A DNA stretch of 64,000 nucleotides from Opitutia bacterium UBA3534 (GTDB taxonomy: Bacteria; Verrucomicrobiota; Verrucomicrobiia; Opitutales; UBA3534): NCBI GenBank assembly GCA_002376875.1, contig DFOT01000011.1, positions 71,034 to 135,033 of the forward strand, read 5' to 3'. Within the stretch, counting starts at the first letter, position 1, and each line of letters opens with the position of its first letter. The position numbers and the translations under genes were made by a program. This document shows positions 26,969 to 35,558 of the stretch, piece by piece. The notes beneath the pieces were generated by a model. The model did no database searches. It had not been told where the DNA came from and saw nothing but the letters and a program-made list of their open reading frames with translations.

Positions 26969-28201
26969 CTAGGAGTCGGAAACTGCGGACTTACGGCGAC
27001 GCAGGAAGTCCCGAACTGCGATAGAAAACACACCAAATCCCATGAACATGGTTGCGGGCTCAGGGATAGGTACAATCTCACCAGTACCTAATTGAACCGC
27101 TCCGGTAATCCCCTGATCAGCCCAATGCACATTGGAGAGAAAGTCTGAAGACAAGGTTGTGTTAAAGATCACTTGGTCATTACCGCCACCAGTACCAAGG
27201 CCGTCCCAATTATCAATGGTAAGCATTCCTGAAGAATGAGTACCAGACTCATAAGTGAGGGTATTGTTCCCTGAACCTAATTTGATAGTAGAGTCATCCG
27301 TTAGTGTCAGGCTATTCATTGTTTCATCCACGCCACCAGCAAGCTCGTAAGTCCCTCCGGCAAGGATCATATTCGCATCATCATTAATGGCAAAGCTACA
27401 CTCTTCTAAGAGGGTGCCTCCATTTACAATCACGTTGCTCACCTCTTCGAGTGAGTCGTGGTGCTGCAGTTTCATTGTGCCTGCATTTACGGTAACATCA
27501 CCGGTGAAAGTCGTGGCTCCCTGGATTTTGACAGTACCCGTATTATTTTTTACTAAATTCCCTGTACCTGTAATGTCATCCTGGGTACGAACCGTTCCTA
27601 CATTATTAAAGGTTAGTGTATTATTATTCAGGTTAATCTGGTCTCTAATTCTAAAGTCTCTGTTAACCTCTTGGTTAATCTCCAAGTCATTATTTAAGGT
27701 CATTTCGACCCAAATCTCGTGATTGTCTGAGCCCCACGCACTCGCCTCAATATTAATATAAGAACTACCCCCGCCAACACCTGAATCAAAGACAATCTCC
27801 TCATCGTTGTAAGTATCATCAATCGTGTACTTATACTTACCTCTAAAGGTCATACTATGGACCACTTGGCTATCGATCTTAAAATCGATAAATTGATCAC
27901 TTCCTACATAGTCATCGGTAAAAAAAACTTTAGGGGTAACCCCACCAATAGTCGTTGGATTGTCGTTAGAATCCCAATTATTGTCATCAGTACTGTTTAA
28001 ATCCCAGTCTCGATTACCTGTGTCATTATCCCAGTACCACTCACCATCTCCTGAGCCCCCTCCGCCACCACCGCCACTAGTGCTCGAAGAACTACTAGCC
28101 ACAAGGGCCCCTGGCATAGCCAAAAGCACACACGCTAAAGAAAGCTTGAAGGCTCCCAAAAAGCTTAGGGGGAAAGGGTTCTGTGGGGTTACTGTGCTCA
28201 T
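26969..28201 (-). CDS. PEP-CTERM-anchored autotransporter-associated beta-strand (PATR) repeat protein, paralog P1
   Basis: Track 26969..28207 starts at GTG; ATG 28201 is preferred. Signal peptide, Ser/Gly run SSSSSTSGGGGGGGSG, W-rich module EWYWDNDTGNRDW...NNW...NPTTIGGVTPKVFF, PATR-like TGTGNLVKNNTGTVKIQG, C-terminal VPIPEPATMFMGFGVFSIAVRDFLRRRK. Confidence 0.85.
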   Translation of the reverse strand: MSTVTPQNPFPLSFLGAFKLSLACVLLAMPGALVASSSSSTSGGGGGGGSGDGEWYWDNDTGNRDWDLNSTDDNNWDSNDNPTTIGGVTPKVFFTDDYVGSDQFIDFKIDSQVVHSMTFRGKYKYTIDDTYNDEEIVFDSGVGGGSSYINIEASAWGSDNHEIWVEMTLNNDLEINQEVNRDFRIRDQINLNNNTLTFNNVGTVRTQDDITGTGNLVKNNTGTVKIQGATTFTGDVTVNAGTMKLQHHDSLEEVSNVIVNGGTLLEECSFAINDDANMILAGGTYELAGGVDETMNSLTLTDDSTIKLGSGNNTLTYESGTHSSGMLTIDNWDGLGTGGGNDQVIFNTTLSSDFLSNVHWADQGITGAVQLGTGEIVPIPEPATMFMGFGVFSIAVRDFLRRRKSAVSDS

Positions 28202-28269
28202 AGACACAAAAAAGGTAATTCCTTAGAGAAATCGGCTATTTCTAGCTAGTCTTGAGCCTATCTGAGCCT

Positions 28270-29442
28270 CTAAAGGCCTTTTTTCCTGCGGCGCGCTAAT
28301 ATATCACACCCCGTAAGCGCCCCTAAGATACTGCCTACCAACAAAGTAGCAGGCTCAGGGATCGGAACGATCTCTCCTGTAGCGAGTTGCGTTGCTCCGG
28401 TAATTCCTTGATCCGCCCAATGCACATTGGAGAGAAAATCAGCAGATAAAGTCGTATTAAAGATCACCTGATCGTTGCCTCCACCAGAGCCTGAGCCATC
28501 CCAGTCATCAATGGTCAGTAGGCCGCCCACACGAGAGCCAGACTCATAAGTAAGCGTATTATTCCCTGAACCTAATTTGATGGTAGAATCAGCGGTGAGC
28601 GTCAGGCTATTCATTGTCTCATCTACACCATAAGCAAGCTCGTAAGTCCCGCCGGCAAGAGTCATGTTTGCATCATCATTAATTGCAAAACTACATTCTT
28701 CTAAGAGCGTACCTCCATTCACGATCACATTACTGATTTCCTCTAAGGAGTCATGATCTTGTAGCTTCATCACCCCAGCATTTATTGTCACGTCTCCGGT
28801 GAAAGTGGTTGCTCCTTGAATCTTTACCGTACCTGTGTTATTTTTAACAAGATTTCCGGTACCTGTAATGTCATCCTGGGTACGAATAGTGCCTACATTA
28901 TTAAAAGTTAGGGTATTATTTTGAAGGTTTATCTTATCCCTCAATCGTAGATCCTTATTGACTTCCTGGTTGATCTCAAGGTCATTGTTCAAGGTCATTT
29001 CGATCCAGATTTCATGGTCACTACTCCCTCCAGAGCTCGCTTTTACATGCAAATAAGATGTACCGCCCTCACTCCCTGTATCAAAGATAAGATCGGTGCT
29101 ATCAGTATAGTCATCTAAGGTATATTTACGCTTTCCCTTAAGCGTCAGGCTATGGATCGTTTTGTCATTCCCTTTGATGTTTATAAACTGATTACTACTA
29201 ACATATTGATCAGTAAAAAACACCTTGGGGGTAACCCCACTCCCAGAGATAGTTGGGTTACTATTGGGATTCCAATTATTCTTGTCTGAAGAGCTATCAC
29301 TCCAGTTACTATTGCCAGTGCCATTGTCCCAATACCAATTATCTGGAGGAATACCTGAGCCTCCAGAACTAGCCAACAAGCAGCTAGGCAGCAGCACTGC
29401 CACCAAGGTGCAAAAGCAAACATATGATGAACATTTGGACAT
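28270..29442 (-). CDS. PEP-CTERM-anchored PATR repeat protein, paralog P2
   Basis: 390 aa. Signal peptide, NWYWDNGTGNSNW...NNW...NPTISGSGVTPKVFF, same PATR core as P1, C-terminal VPIPEPATLLVGSILGALTGCDILARRRKK. Confidence 0.85.
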   Translation of the reverse strand: MSKCSSYVCFCTLVAVLLPSCLLASSGGSGIPPDNWYWDNGTGNSNWSDSSSDKNNWNPNSNPTISGSGVTPKVFFTDQYVSSNQFINIKGNDKTIHSLTLKGKRKYTLDDYTDSTDLIFDTGSEGGTSYLHVKASSGGSSDHEIWIEMTLNNDLEINQEVNKDLRLRDKINLQNNTLTFNNVGTIRTQDDITGTGNLVKNNTGTVKIQGATTFTGDVTINAGVMKLQDHDSLEEISNVIVNGGTLLEECSFAINDDANMTLAGGTYELAYGVDETMNSLTLTADSTIKLGSGNNTLTYESGSRVGGLLTIDDWDGSGSGGGNDQVIFNTTLSADFLSNVHWADQGITGATQLATGEIVPIPEPATLLVGSILGALTGCDILARRRKKGL

Positions 29443-29476
29443 AAAAAAGGACGACTTAAACTAGTAAATCGTCCTT
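29443..29476 (-). terminator. Intrinsic-terminator-like hairpin between paralogs P3 and P2
   Basis: Minus strand reads AAGGACGA-(14 nt)-TCGTCCTTTTTTAT, an 8-bp perfect stem. The T-run directly abuts the P2 ATG (29442). Confidence 0.55.
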
Positions 29477-29507
29477 ATCTCCTTAACCTTTAGCCGTTTG
29501 CTTACTA

Positions 29508-30686
29508 TTAGGAAGGCGCAGGGCCTTTGTTCTTCCTGTGGCGGCGCCAGAGGTCTGCCCCGGCTAAAGCGCTCATGAGGCCTCCTGCCAGGAGGGTGGC
29601 AGGCTCAGGCACAGGAACGATCTCTCCAGTAGCTAGTTGCTTGGCTCCGGTAATCCCTAGGTCCTGCCAGTAAACATTAGCTAAGAAATCAGATGACAGT
29701 GTGGTGTTAAATATAATCTGGTCGTTACCGCCCCCGGTGCCAAGGCCATCCCAGTCATCAATCGTAAGCAAGCCAGAGGTATAAACCCCAGAGTTATAGG
29801 TAAGGGTATTATTTCCAGAACCTAACTTGATGGTAGAATCATCTGTAAGAGTTAAACTATTCATTGTCTCGTCTACGCCATAAGCTAGTTCGTAAGTACC
29901 TCCAGCAAGGGTCATGTGAGCATCATTATTTATTGCAAAACTACATTCTTCTAGGAGGGTTCCCCCATTCACAATCACATTGCTAACTTCTTCTAAAGAG
30001 TCATGGTCTTGTAGTCTCAGTGTTCCTGCATTTACAGTCACATCCCCTGTGAAGGTTGTAGCTCCTTGAATCTTTACAGTACCGGTATTGTTCTTAATCA
30101 TGTTTCCAGTCCCTGTAATATCATCCTGAGTACGCACTGTGCCTACGTTATTAAAGGTAATAGTATTACTATTAAGATTAATCTTATCCCGCAACCGCAG
30201 GTCTGTATTCACCTGCTGTTTTACTTCTAGGTCGTTATTAAGAGTCATCTCGATCCAGATCTCGTGGTCACTACTCCCTGCTCCACTAGCAGCTACTTTC
30301 AGGACAGACTTCCCTCCGACACTTCCTGAGTCAAAAATCAAATCCGTACTATCCGTAAAATCATCTAGGGTATATTTATACTGCCCCTTAAGGGTTAACT
30401 TGTGGATAGTTTTATCAGAATCCTTAATGCTAACAAACTGGTCACTCCCTACGAACTGGTCATTAAAAACAACCTTAGGGGTTACTCCACTTATTGTGGT
30501 CGGGTTACTATTAGGCTTCCAATTATTCTGATCTGAAGCACTATCACTCCACTTACCTGTTCCTGCGCCTGCGTCCCACTTCCAAGTATTCGCTGCCTGC
30601 ACAGGCAAAGTCATTGATACCCAACACAATGCTGTGATAGCCCCTATACTAACAATCTTTGGAATCTGCTCCATAGTGTGACGCAT
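29508..30686 (-). CDS. PEP-CTERM-anchored PATR repeat protein, paralog P3
   Basis: Track 29508..30692 starts at TTG. ATG 30686 lies 8 nt after AGGAGG. NTWKWDAGAGTGKW...NNW...NPTTISGVTPKVVF, PATR core, C-terminal VPVPEPATLLAGGLMSALAGADLWRRHRK. Confidence 0.85.
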   Translation of the reverse strand: MRHTMEQIPKIVSIGAITALCWVSMTLPVQAANTWKWDAGAGTGKWSDSASDQNNWKPNSNPTTISGVTPKVVFNDQFVGSDQFVSIKDSDKTIHKLTLKGQYKYTLDDFTDSTDLIFDSGSVGGKSVLKVAASGAGSSDHEIWIEMTLNNDLEVKQQVNTDLRLRDKINLNSNTITFNNVGTVRTQDDITGTGNMIKNNTGTVKIQGATTFTGDVTVNAGTLRLQDHDSLEEVSNVIVNGGTLLEECSFAINNDAHMTLAGGTYELAYGVDETMNSLTLTDDSTIKLGSGNNTLTYNSGVYTSGLLTIDDWDGLGTGGGNDQIIFNTTLSSDFLANVYWQDLGITGAKQLATGEIVPVPEPATLLAGGLMSALAGADLWRRHRKNKGPAPS

Positions 30687-30708
30687 GCCCAAACCCTCCT
30701 ATAACTAT

Positions 30709-30737
30709 ATACTAATATATTTATATATTATTATCAA
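30709..30737 (-). promoter_or_regulatory. Sigma-70-like promoter for P3-P2-P1
   Basis: Minus strand reads TTGATA-17 nt-TAGTAT, about 20 nt upstream of the AGGAGG/ATG of P3, inside an 88-bp A+T-rich gap. Confidence 0.45.
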
Positions 30738-30780
30738 GAATATCTGGCTTTTATTGTTACTCCTTTACTCTCAACGAGAT

Positions 30781-31938
30781 TCACGATTGACGCCTACGGC
30801 GTAAGATATCTCCCCCAGTTAAAAAGCCCAAAATGCCTCCTACTAAGAGAGTTGCGGGTTCGGGAACAGGGACAATTTCGCCGCTACCGAGCTGGAATGC
30901 CCCCGTGATGCCTTGATCGGCCCAATAAACATTATCCAGGAAGTCCTGAGATAGGCTTGTATTAAATACGATACGGTCCGCCCCACCACCGCTCCAATTA
31001 CCGACCCAATCATCAATAGTGAGCAGCCCAGCGGTGTAAGTGCCTGAGCTGTAGGTAAGCCGGTTATTCCCTGAGCCCAATCTGATGGTAGAGTTTGCTG
31101 TTAAGGTCAAATTATCCAAGGTTTGGTCCTGCCCAGCGCTAAACTGGTAGGTACCCCCGGCTAAAACCATGTCGGCTGTTTGACTGATTGGATTGCCTGA
31201 CATGGCCAGCAAGGTCCCTCCATTAATAATGACTGAATTAACTTCTTCTAAGGAGCTAGCATTGCGCAGCTCTAGGGTACCAGCGTTCACAGTCACGTCC
31301 CCTGTAAAGGTCGTGGCAGTACGCATCTCGACAGTCCCTGTATTACTCTTCACTAGATGACCTGTACCGGTAAGGGGGTCTTTTATTTGAACCAAACCGG
31401 TACTATCGATGGTTAAGGTGTTTGCATTGAGATTAATAGCTTTTTGGAACTGGAGCGTCTCGTTTACTAGGTTTTTAACCTCCAAATCATCCAAAAGCTC
31501 AATTTCTACATTAAAGATATGGTTACTATCCCCACCTACATCGGAAACGACACTAATCGTACTCGCACCGCCTCCGGTACCAGAATCAAAAATAAGGCTT
31601 GAGGATCCTTTTTGCACAAGCTTGTAGCGATAGGGCCCGCTTAGCGTGATGGTATCAATTGTTTTATCCGCACCGCGCACTTCTACAGTTTGATTACTCC
31701 CAACAAAATCATCATTAAAGAAGATATTAGGGGTTACCCCACTGACTGTAGTGGGGTTGGTATCCGTATCCCAGTTAGGCGCATCAGCAAGGTCCTCACT
31801 CCAGTCCTTATTACCTGTGTCATTATCCCAGTACCAATCTCCTGCTTGCAGCGGTAAAGCAGGCGCACTAAGCAAAGCTGCAATGAGTAAACTCATTGCA
31901 AGGCGTTTGATAGGGCTATTTGGGGTTAATGGGGTCAT
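30781..31938 (-). CDS. PEP-CTERM-anchored PATR repeat protein, paralog P4 (more diverged)
   Basis: 385 aa. GDWYWDNDTGNKDW...PNW...NPTTVSGVTPNIFF, PATR repeats, C-terminal VPVPEPATLLVGGILGFLTGGDILRRRRQ. Lies 28 nt downstream of P5. Confidence 0.85.
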   Translation of the reverse strand: MTPLTPNSPIKRLAMSLLIAALLSAPALPLQAGDWYWDNDTGNKDWSEDLADAPNWDTDTNPTTVSGVTPNIFFNDDFVGSNQTVEVRGADKTIDTITLSGPYRYKLVQKGSSSLIFDSGTGGGASTISVVSDVGGDSNHIFNVEIELLDDLEVKNLVNETLQFQKAINLNANTLTIDSTGLVQIKDPLTGTGHLVKSNTGTVEMRTATTFTGDVTVNAGTLELRNASSLEEVNSVIINGGTLLAMSGNPISQTADMVLAGGTYQFSAGQDQTLDNLTLTANSTIRLGSGNNRLTYSSGTYTAGLLTIDDWVGNWSGGGADRIVFNTSLSQDFLDNVYWADQGITGAFQLGSGEIVPVPEPATLLVGGILGFLTGGDILRRRRQS

Positions 31939-31966
31939 GATAAATTTCTTACCACAGATTGTTATA

Positions 31967-34276
31967 CTATGTTGTATCTTTATCGTTTAGCAAACTATTA
32001 CGCATCTGCCTACGACGCAAAAAATCTTTACCAGCAAGTAAGCTTAAAAGCCCACCAACTAAGAGAGTCCCAGGCTCAGGAATTGGGACAATTTCTCCAC
32101 TAGGGAGTTGTACTGCACCTGTAATCCCTAAATCACCCCAATAAACATTGTTTAAGAAATCTTGAGAAAGGGCTGTATCAAAAACTAAACGGTCATCACC
32201 ACCACCAGTTCCCAGACCATCCCAATTAGTAATCGTGAGTAATCCAGAGGTATATACACCTGAGGTAAAGGTGAGACGGCTTGTGCCCGACCCTGTTACC
32301 CCGAGATCAATAGTTGAATTAGCCGTGAGTGTCAGCGTATCTAAGGTCTGGTCCTTTCCATCTGTAGCTAAGGTACCACCGTTTAAATTAAGGTCTGCGG
32401 TTGAATTAATCGTGTTGTTACGAGCTAATAGCAAGGTTCCGCCATTAATATTAATCGTCTCGGCAGATTGTAAAGCATCTACCCCACGAGACCGTAACGT
32501 TCCATCATTAATCGTAATATCCGTGGCAGACCCTAGAGAGCGCTCCCCAATAGCATTCAGTAATCCGTCATTGACGATAACTTCAGTCACGCCTCCTAAG
32601 GAGTCGGTAGCTTCCGCACGGATTTCTCCCTCATTCATAACAACTCTACCCGTAAAGTTTAGGTTGTCGTTTTCGATCTCGAGCGTCCCTACCCCTTCTT
32701 TAATTAAGTCACCCGTACCAGTGATTTCACGTGAGCCTGTAGGGTTATCACGATAACGCACCGTACCAATGGTATTTACGGTAAGGTCGTTCGCACCCAT
32801 ATCGATGTCACCCCTCAGCTGGAATGTGTGCGTATCGATCAGGTGGTCAATACGCAGATCATTATTCATTTGAATGTCTAGCTGAATCTGGTGGGCTGCG
32901 CCTCCTGTACCACTAGGGCTAATAACGATATTAGATTCTGTTGCTGCAGAAGTGCCTACATCAAAAATAAGTTTTGGGTTAAGGGTCGAGCTACCACTTG
33001 TAGGGTCCTCTGCCCTAAGGATGTACCGATACTGCCCACTAAAGGTCATGTTATTAATGGTTTTATCCCCATCGCGGACTCTAATCGTTTGGTTTCCACT
33101 AATGTAGCTATCCTGGAACACTACATGAGGCGTCTTGCCAGAAATGGTATAAGGGTTTACATCACCAAGCCAATTAGTCTCCCAGTCATTAGGCGCACCC
33201 GCTGCACCCCAACGACGGCCGCTGCCTCCTCCGGCATCATTATCCCAAAAGAAGGTACTTGGGTCTCCTGAGGCCACTATACCGAAATTACGGATTTCTA
33301 TGACCTGGCGAGCGGCTCCAGTACCAGCACTGAAGCCGAAGCCAAAGTCATCGGGGCGATCGTAGCTAGATAAGTCAGCAGTAAAGAGCGTGGTGTATCC
33401 GCTTCCGGAACCTACTTCAAGCTCTACGCTCAATTGCTCCATATCATCAAGAATTATCCGGACACCACGGTAGTCTACACCTGTAGTATCTGGACGAGAG
33501 GTTGCTGTTGGAAAGTCTAGGTCACTCGTGAGGCTAGGAATAGAAGGCGTACCGGGTAAGGTTTCATTTGTTCCTCCTGTGCCAGCTAAATATTCATAAC
33601 CTTCATACCATTCACCCAAATGAGGAGAGCCTCCATCTGTAACTTTTTCTCCAGGGCCTCGTAAGACAACTTCATTAGGTAAAAACCCTGGCCCACCGAT
33701 ACGGCCTTCAGTTGGATTTGAATAGTTCCCCCAATTATCAAAACCTACACCAATGTACCCTCCTGCCATACCTTCTTCATTAGAAGGGTTACTATCACCA
33801 AAGAATTTCTGGGCATACCCCATAGACCCACCTGTTGCCCCTGGGTCAAAACCCTCAGCAGCATCATACATAAAGAAGGTAAACCCATCCCCTGCACCTG
33901 CACCATCCTGCTCCCACATAGTAAATTCAAAGCTTACCGAGAGGACACCATCTGAGGACGGGATTGTAGGTGTAAAATAGGCAGAGTTTGCTTGGTCTCC
34001 GCTTAGGGTCGTCATACGCAACCACCCATCATCAACCGCATCAATAGTCCCTACTTCTGGGTCCGCAGCAATAGCTGTAGCCCCAGAGGTTAAACGAGGG
34101 CCAGGAGAACTCCCCTCTTGCACAAAATTCCAACCTGGAGCCGTACTGCCCTTAAAGTCATCAAGATAAGTAAAACTAGCAAATGCAGGGCTACTTAGAG
34201 CGACACAACATCCCACTACTGCCATGGCACGCACAGCAGCTGAAATATCTACTAGCCTATTTCTAATCCAACACAT
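31967..34276 (-). CDS. L-type (legume-like) lectin domain + PATR repeats + PEP-CTERM protein, paralog P5
   Basis: 769 aa with a signal peptide. Residues about 35-335 carry lectin-like motifs GDGFTFFMYD, GGYIGVGFDNWGN and FGFGFSAGTGAARQVIEIRNF. Then the W-rich module FFWDND...NW...NPYTISGKTPHVVF, several PATR-like repeats, and C-terminal VPIPEPGTLLVGGLLSLLAGKDFLRRRQ. Confidence 0.8.
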   Translation of the reverse strand: MCWIRNRLVDISAAVRAMAVVGCCVALSSPAFASFTYLDDFKGSTAPGWNFVQEGSSPGPRLTSGATAIAADPEVGTIDAVDDGWLRMTTLSGDQANSAYFTPTIPSSDGVLSVSFEFTMWEQDGAGAGDGFTFFMYDAAEGFDPGATGGSMGYAQKFFGDSNPSNEEGMAGGYIGVGFDNWGNYSNPTEGRIGGPGFLPNEVVLRGPGEKVTDGGSPHLGEWYEGYEYLAGTGGTNETLPGTPSIPSLTSDLDFPTATSRPDTTGVDYRGVRIILDDMEQLSVELEVGSGSGYTTLFTADLSSYDRPDDFGFGFSAGTGAARQVIEIRNFGIVASGDPSTFFWDNDAGGGSGRRWGAAGAPNDWETNWLGDVNPYTISGKTPHVVFQDSYISGNQTIRVRDGDKTINNMTFSGQYRYILRAEDPTSGSSTLNPKLIFDVGTSAATESNIVISPSGTGGAAHQIQLDIQMNNDLRIDHLIDTHTFQLRGDIDMGANDLTVNTIGTVRYRDNPTGSREITGTGDLIKEGVGTLEIENDNLNFTGRVVMNEGEIRAEATDSLGGVTEVIVNDGLLNAIGERSLGSATDITINDGTLRSRGVDALQSAETININGGTLLLARNNTINSTADLNLNGGTLATDGKDQTLDTLTLTANSTIDLGVTGSGTSRLTFTSGVYTSGLLTITNWDGLGTGGGDDRLVFDTALSQDFLNNVYWGDLGITGAVQLPSGEIVPIPEPGTLLVGGLLSLLAGKDFLRRRQMRNSLLNDKDTT

Positions 34277-34308
34277 CCTACAATTTTCCTAATTCAACCT
34301 ATATTAGT

Positions 34309-34337
34309 AATATACATCATATATCAAGATATGTCAA
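34309..34337 (-). promoter_or_regulatory. Sigma-70-like promoter for P5-P4
   Basis: Minus strand reads TTGACA-17 nt-TATATT, about 30 nt upstream of the P5 ATG (34276). AGGAAA lies just before the start. Confidence 0.5.
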
Positions 34338-34416
34338 TATCATGTTGTGTTTTGTGATGGCTATTATTCTCGACAGCTTGTAAGTAACTGTATATAAGAG
34401 TCTTAATTATCCATTA

Positions 34417-35553
34417 ATGCGACTACTCCGAGCCATTCACTCCGTTAACCCTCGAGGCGGAGGCCCTATCGAGGCCGTCCTGCAGTCTTCTCGCACCCTG
34501 CAAAAGCTAGGGCATGAGGTTGAAATCCTCTCTTTGGATGCCCCTACAAGCCCAGATCTTGCCTCTTTGGAATTCCCCTGCCATGCCTTTGGGCCTACTC
34601 AGCTAGGTAATTATGGTTACAGCCCAACACTCATTCCCTGGCTAAAAACAAATGCAGCCAACTATGATGCTGTGATTGTTGAAGGGCTTTGGCAGTTCCA
34701 TGGGCTTGCGGTATGGAAGGCTTTACACAACACCAACACTCCCTACTTTGTTTTCCCTCATGGAATGCTTGATCCTTGGTTTAAAAAAGCCTACCCCCTT
34801 AAACACTTAAAGAAATGGCTCTACTGGCCCTGGGCAGAATACCAGGTATTGCGGGATGCAAAAAAAACCTGTTTTACAACCCAAGCCGAAGCGGATCTAG
34901 CCCGACAATCATTTTGGCTTTATAAAGTCAATGAGGCTGTAGCCCCCTTGGGGATTGAGTCTGCACCGGGAGACCCCGAACAACAAAAAGCACTCTTTTT
35001 TGAAAAACTCCCCCAGCTCAAACATAAACGCTTTATCTTATACCTAGGGCGCATCACGCCTAAAAAAGGGCCCGACTTACTCATTGAGGCCTGGAAGCGT
35101 TTAAACCCTGAGCAGGTCGAACTCTTAGTTGCAGGCCCACCTCAAAGTACTGAGTACCTAAAACAACTCCAAAATGAAGCGCAGTCCTGCAGTACTATTC
35201 ATTTCTCGGGCATGCTTACGGGTGACCTCAAGTGGGGAGCATTTCAAGCAGCTGAGGCATTTATACTTCCCTCCCACCAAGAAAATTTTGGAATGGTTGT
35301 GGCTGAAGCCTTGAGCACCCAAACCCCTGTCTTGACGACTACAAAAGTTAATACAGCCTCCCTCCTAGAGGCAAATAACTGCGCCATTGTGCAAGAAGAC
35401 ACTCTAGAGGGAGTTAAGGAGCTGCTACAGATATGGTTAAGAATGAGCGATAAAGACCGATATACTATGCTGGAGCAGTGTATCCCCTGCTTTCAGAAAC
35501 ATTTTGAAATTCAACAAGCTTCGCACACACTAATCACACTCTTAAGTGCTTGA
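34417..35553 (+). CDS. Glycosyltransferase, GT4-like (GT-B fold)
   Basis: 378 aa. C-terminal ILPSHQENFGMVVAEALSTQTPVLTT (E-x7-E). Divergent from the PEP-CTERM array. Confidence 0.75.
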   Translation: MRLLRAIHSVNPRGGGPIEAVLQSSRTLQKLGHEVEILSLDAPTSPDLASLEFPCHAFGPTQLGNYGYSPTLIPWLKTNAANYDAVIVEGLWQFHGLAVWKALHNTNTPYFVFPHGMLDPWFKKAYPLKHLKKWLYWPWAEYQVLRDAKKTCFTTQAEADLARQSFWLYKVNEAVAPLGIESAPGDPEQQKALFFEKLPQLKHKRFILYLGRITPKKGPDLLIEAWKRLNPEQVELLVAGPPQSTEYLKQLQNEAQSCSTIHFSGMLTGDLKWGAFQAAEAFILPSHQENFGMVVAEALSTQTPVLTTTKVNTASLLEANNCAIVQEDTLEGVKELLQIWLRMSDKDRYTMLEQCIPCFQKHFEIQQASHTLITLLSA

Positions 35554-35558
35554 TTATT

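Larger units (their letters stand above)
26969..31938 (-). repeat. Gene-scale tandem repeat: four full-length paralogous PEP-CTERM/PATR genes; a fifth, longer paralog follows at 31967-34276
   Basis: Translations align end to end. P1 and P2 differ at 14 of 160 residues (hand count) from HEIW... to ...TLTYESG. The DNA is more diverged: the longest identical run I found between P1 and P2 is 28 nt (gtacctgtaatgtcatcctgggtacgaa). Confidence 0.85.

Noticed and set aside
32721-32738. parS-like palindrome core (GATTTCACGTGAGCC).
   Set aside because: Only the central TCACGTGA matches. I count five mismatches to the TGTTTCACGTGAAACA consensus in the arms, and the site lies inside a PEP-CTERM coding region.
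27387-33271. Long + strand ORFs inside the PEP-CTERM genes (27387..27722, 27960..28226, 29225..29464, 30139..30531, 31409..31627, 32235..32756, 32891..33271).
   Set aside because: All are antisense to well-supported paralogous genes. Their translations are low-complexity (Ser/Pro/Leu/Val-rich) with no starts supported by an RBS. Gly/Thr/Asn-rich repeat genes commonly lack stops on the opposite strand.
30725-34345. Shared TCTTGATA-type motif in the two promoter regions of the PEP-CTERM array (near 30731-30742 and 34320-34331) as a common regulator site.
   Set aside because: In one case the motif overlaps the -35 element, and in the other it lies in the spacer. Both regions are extremely A+T-rich, so an 8-nt match is weak evidence without more copies or conservation.
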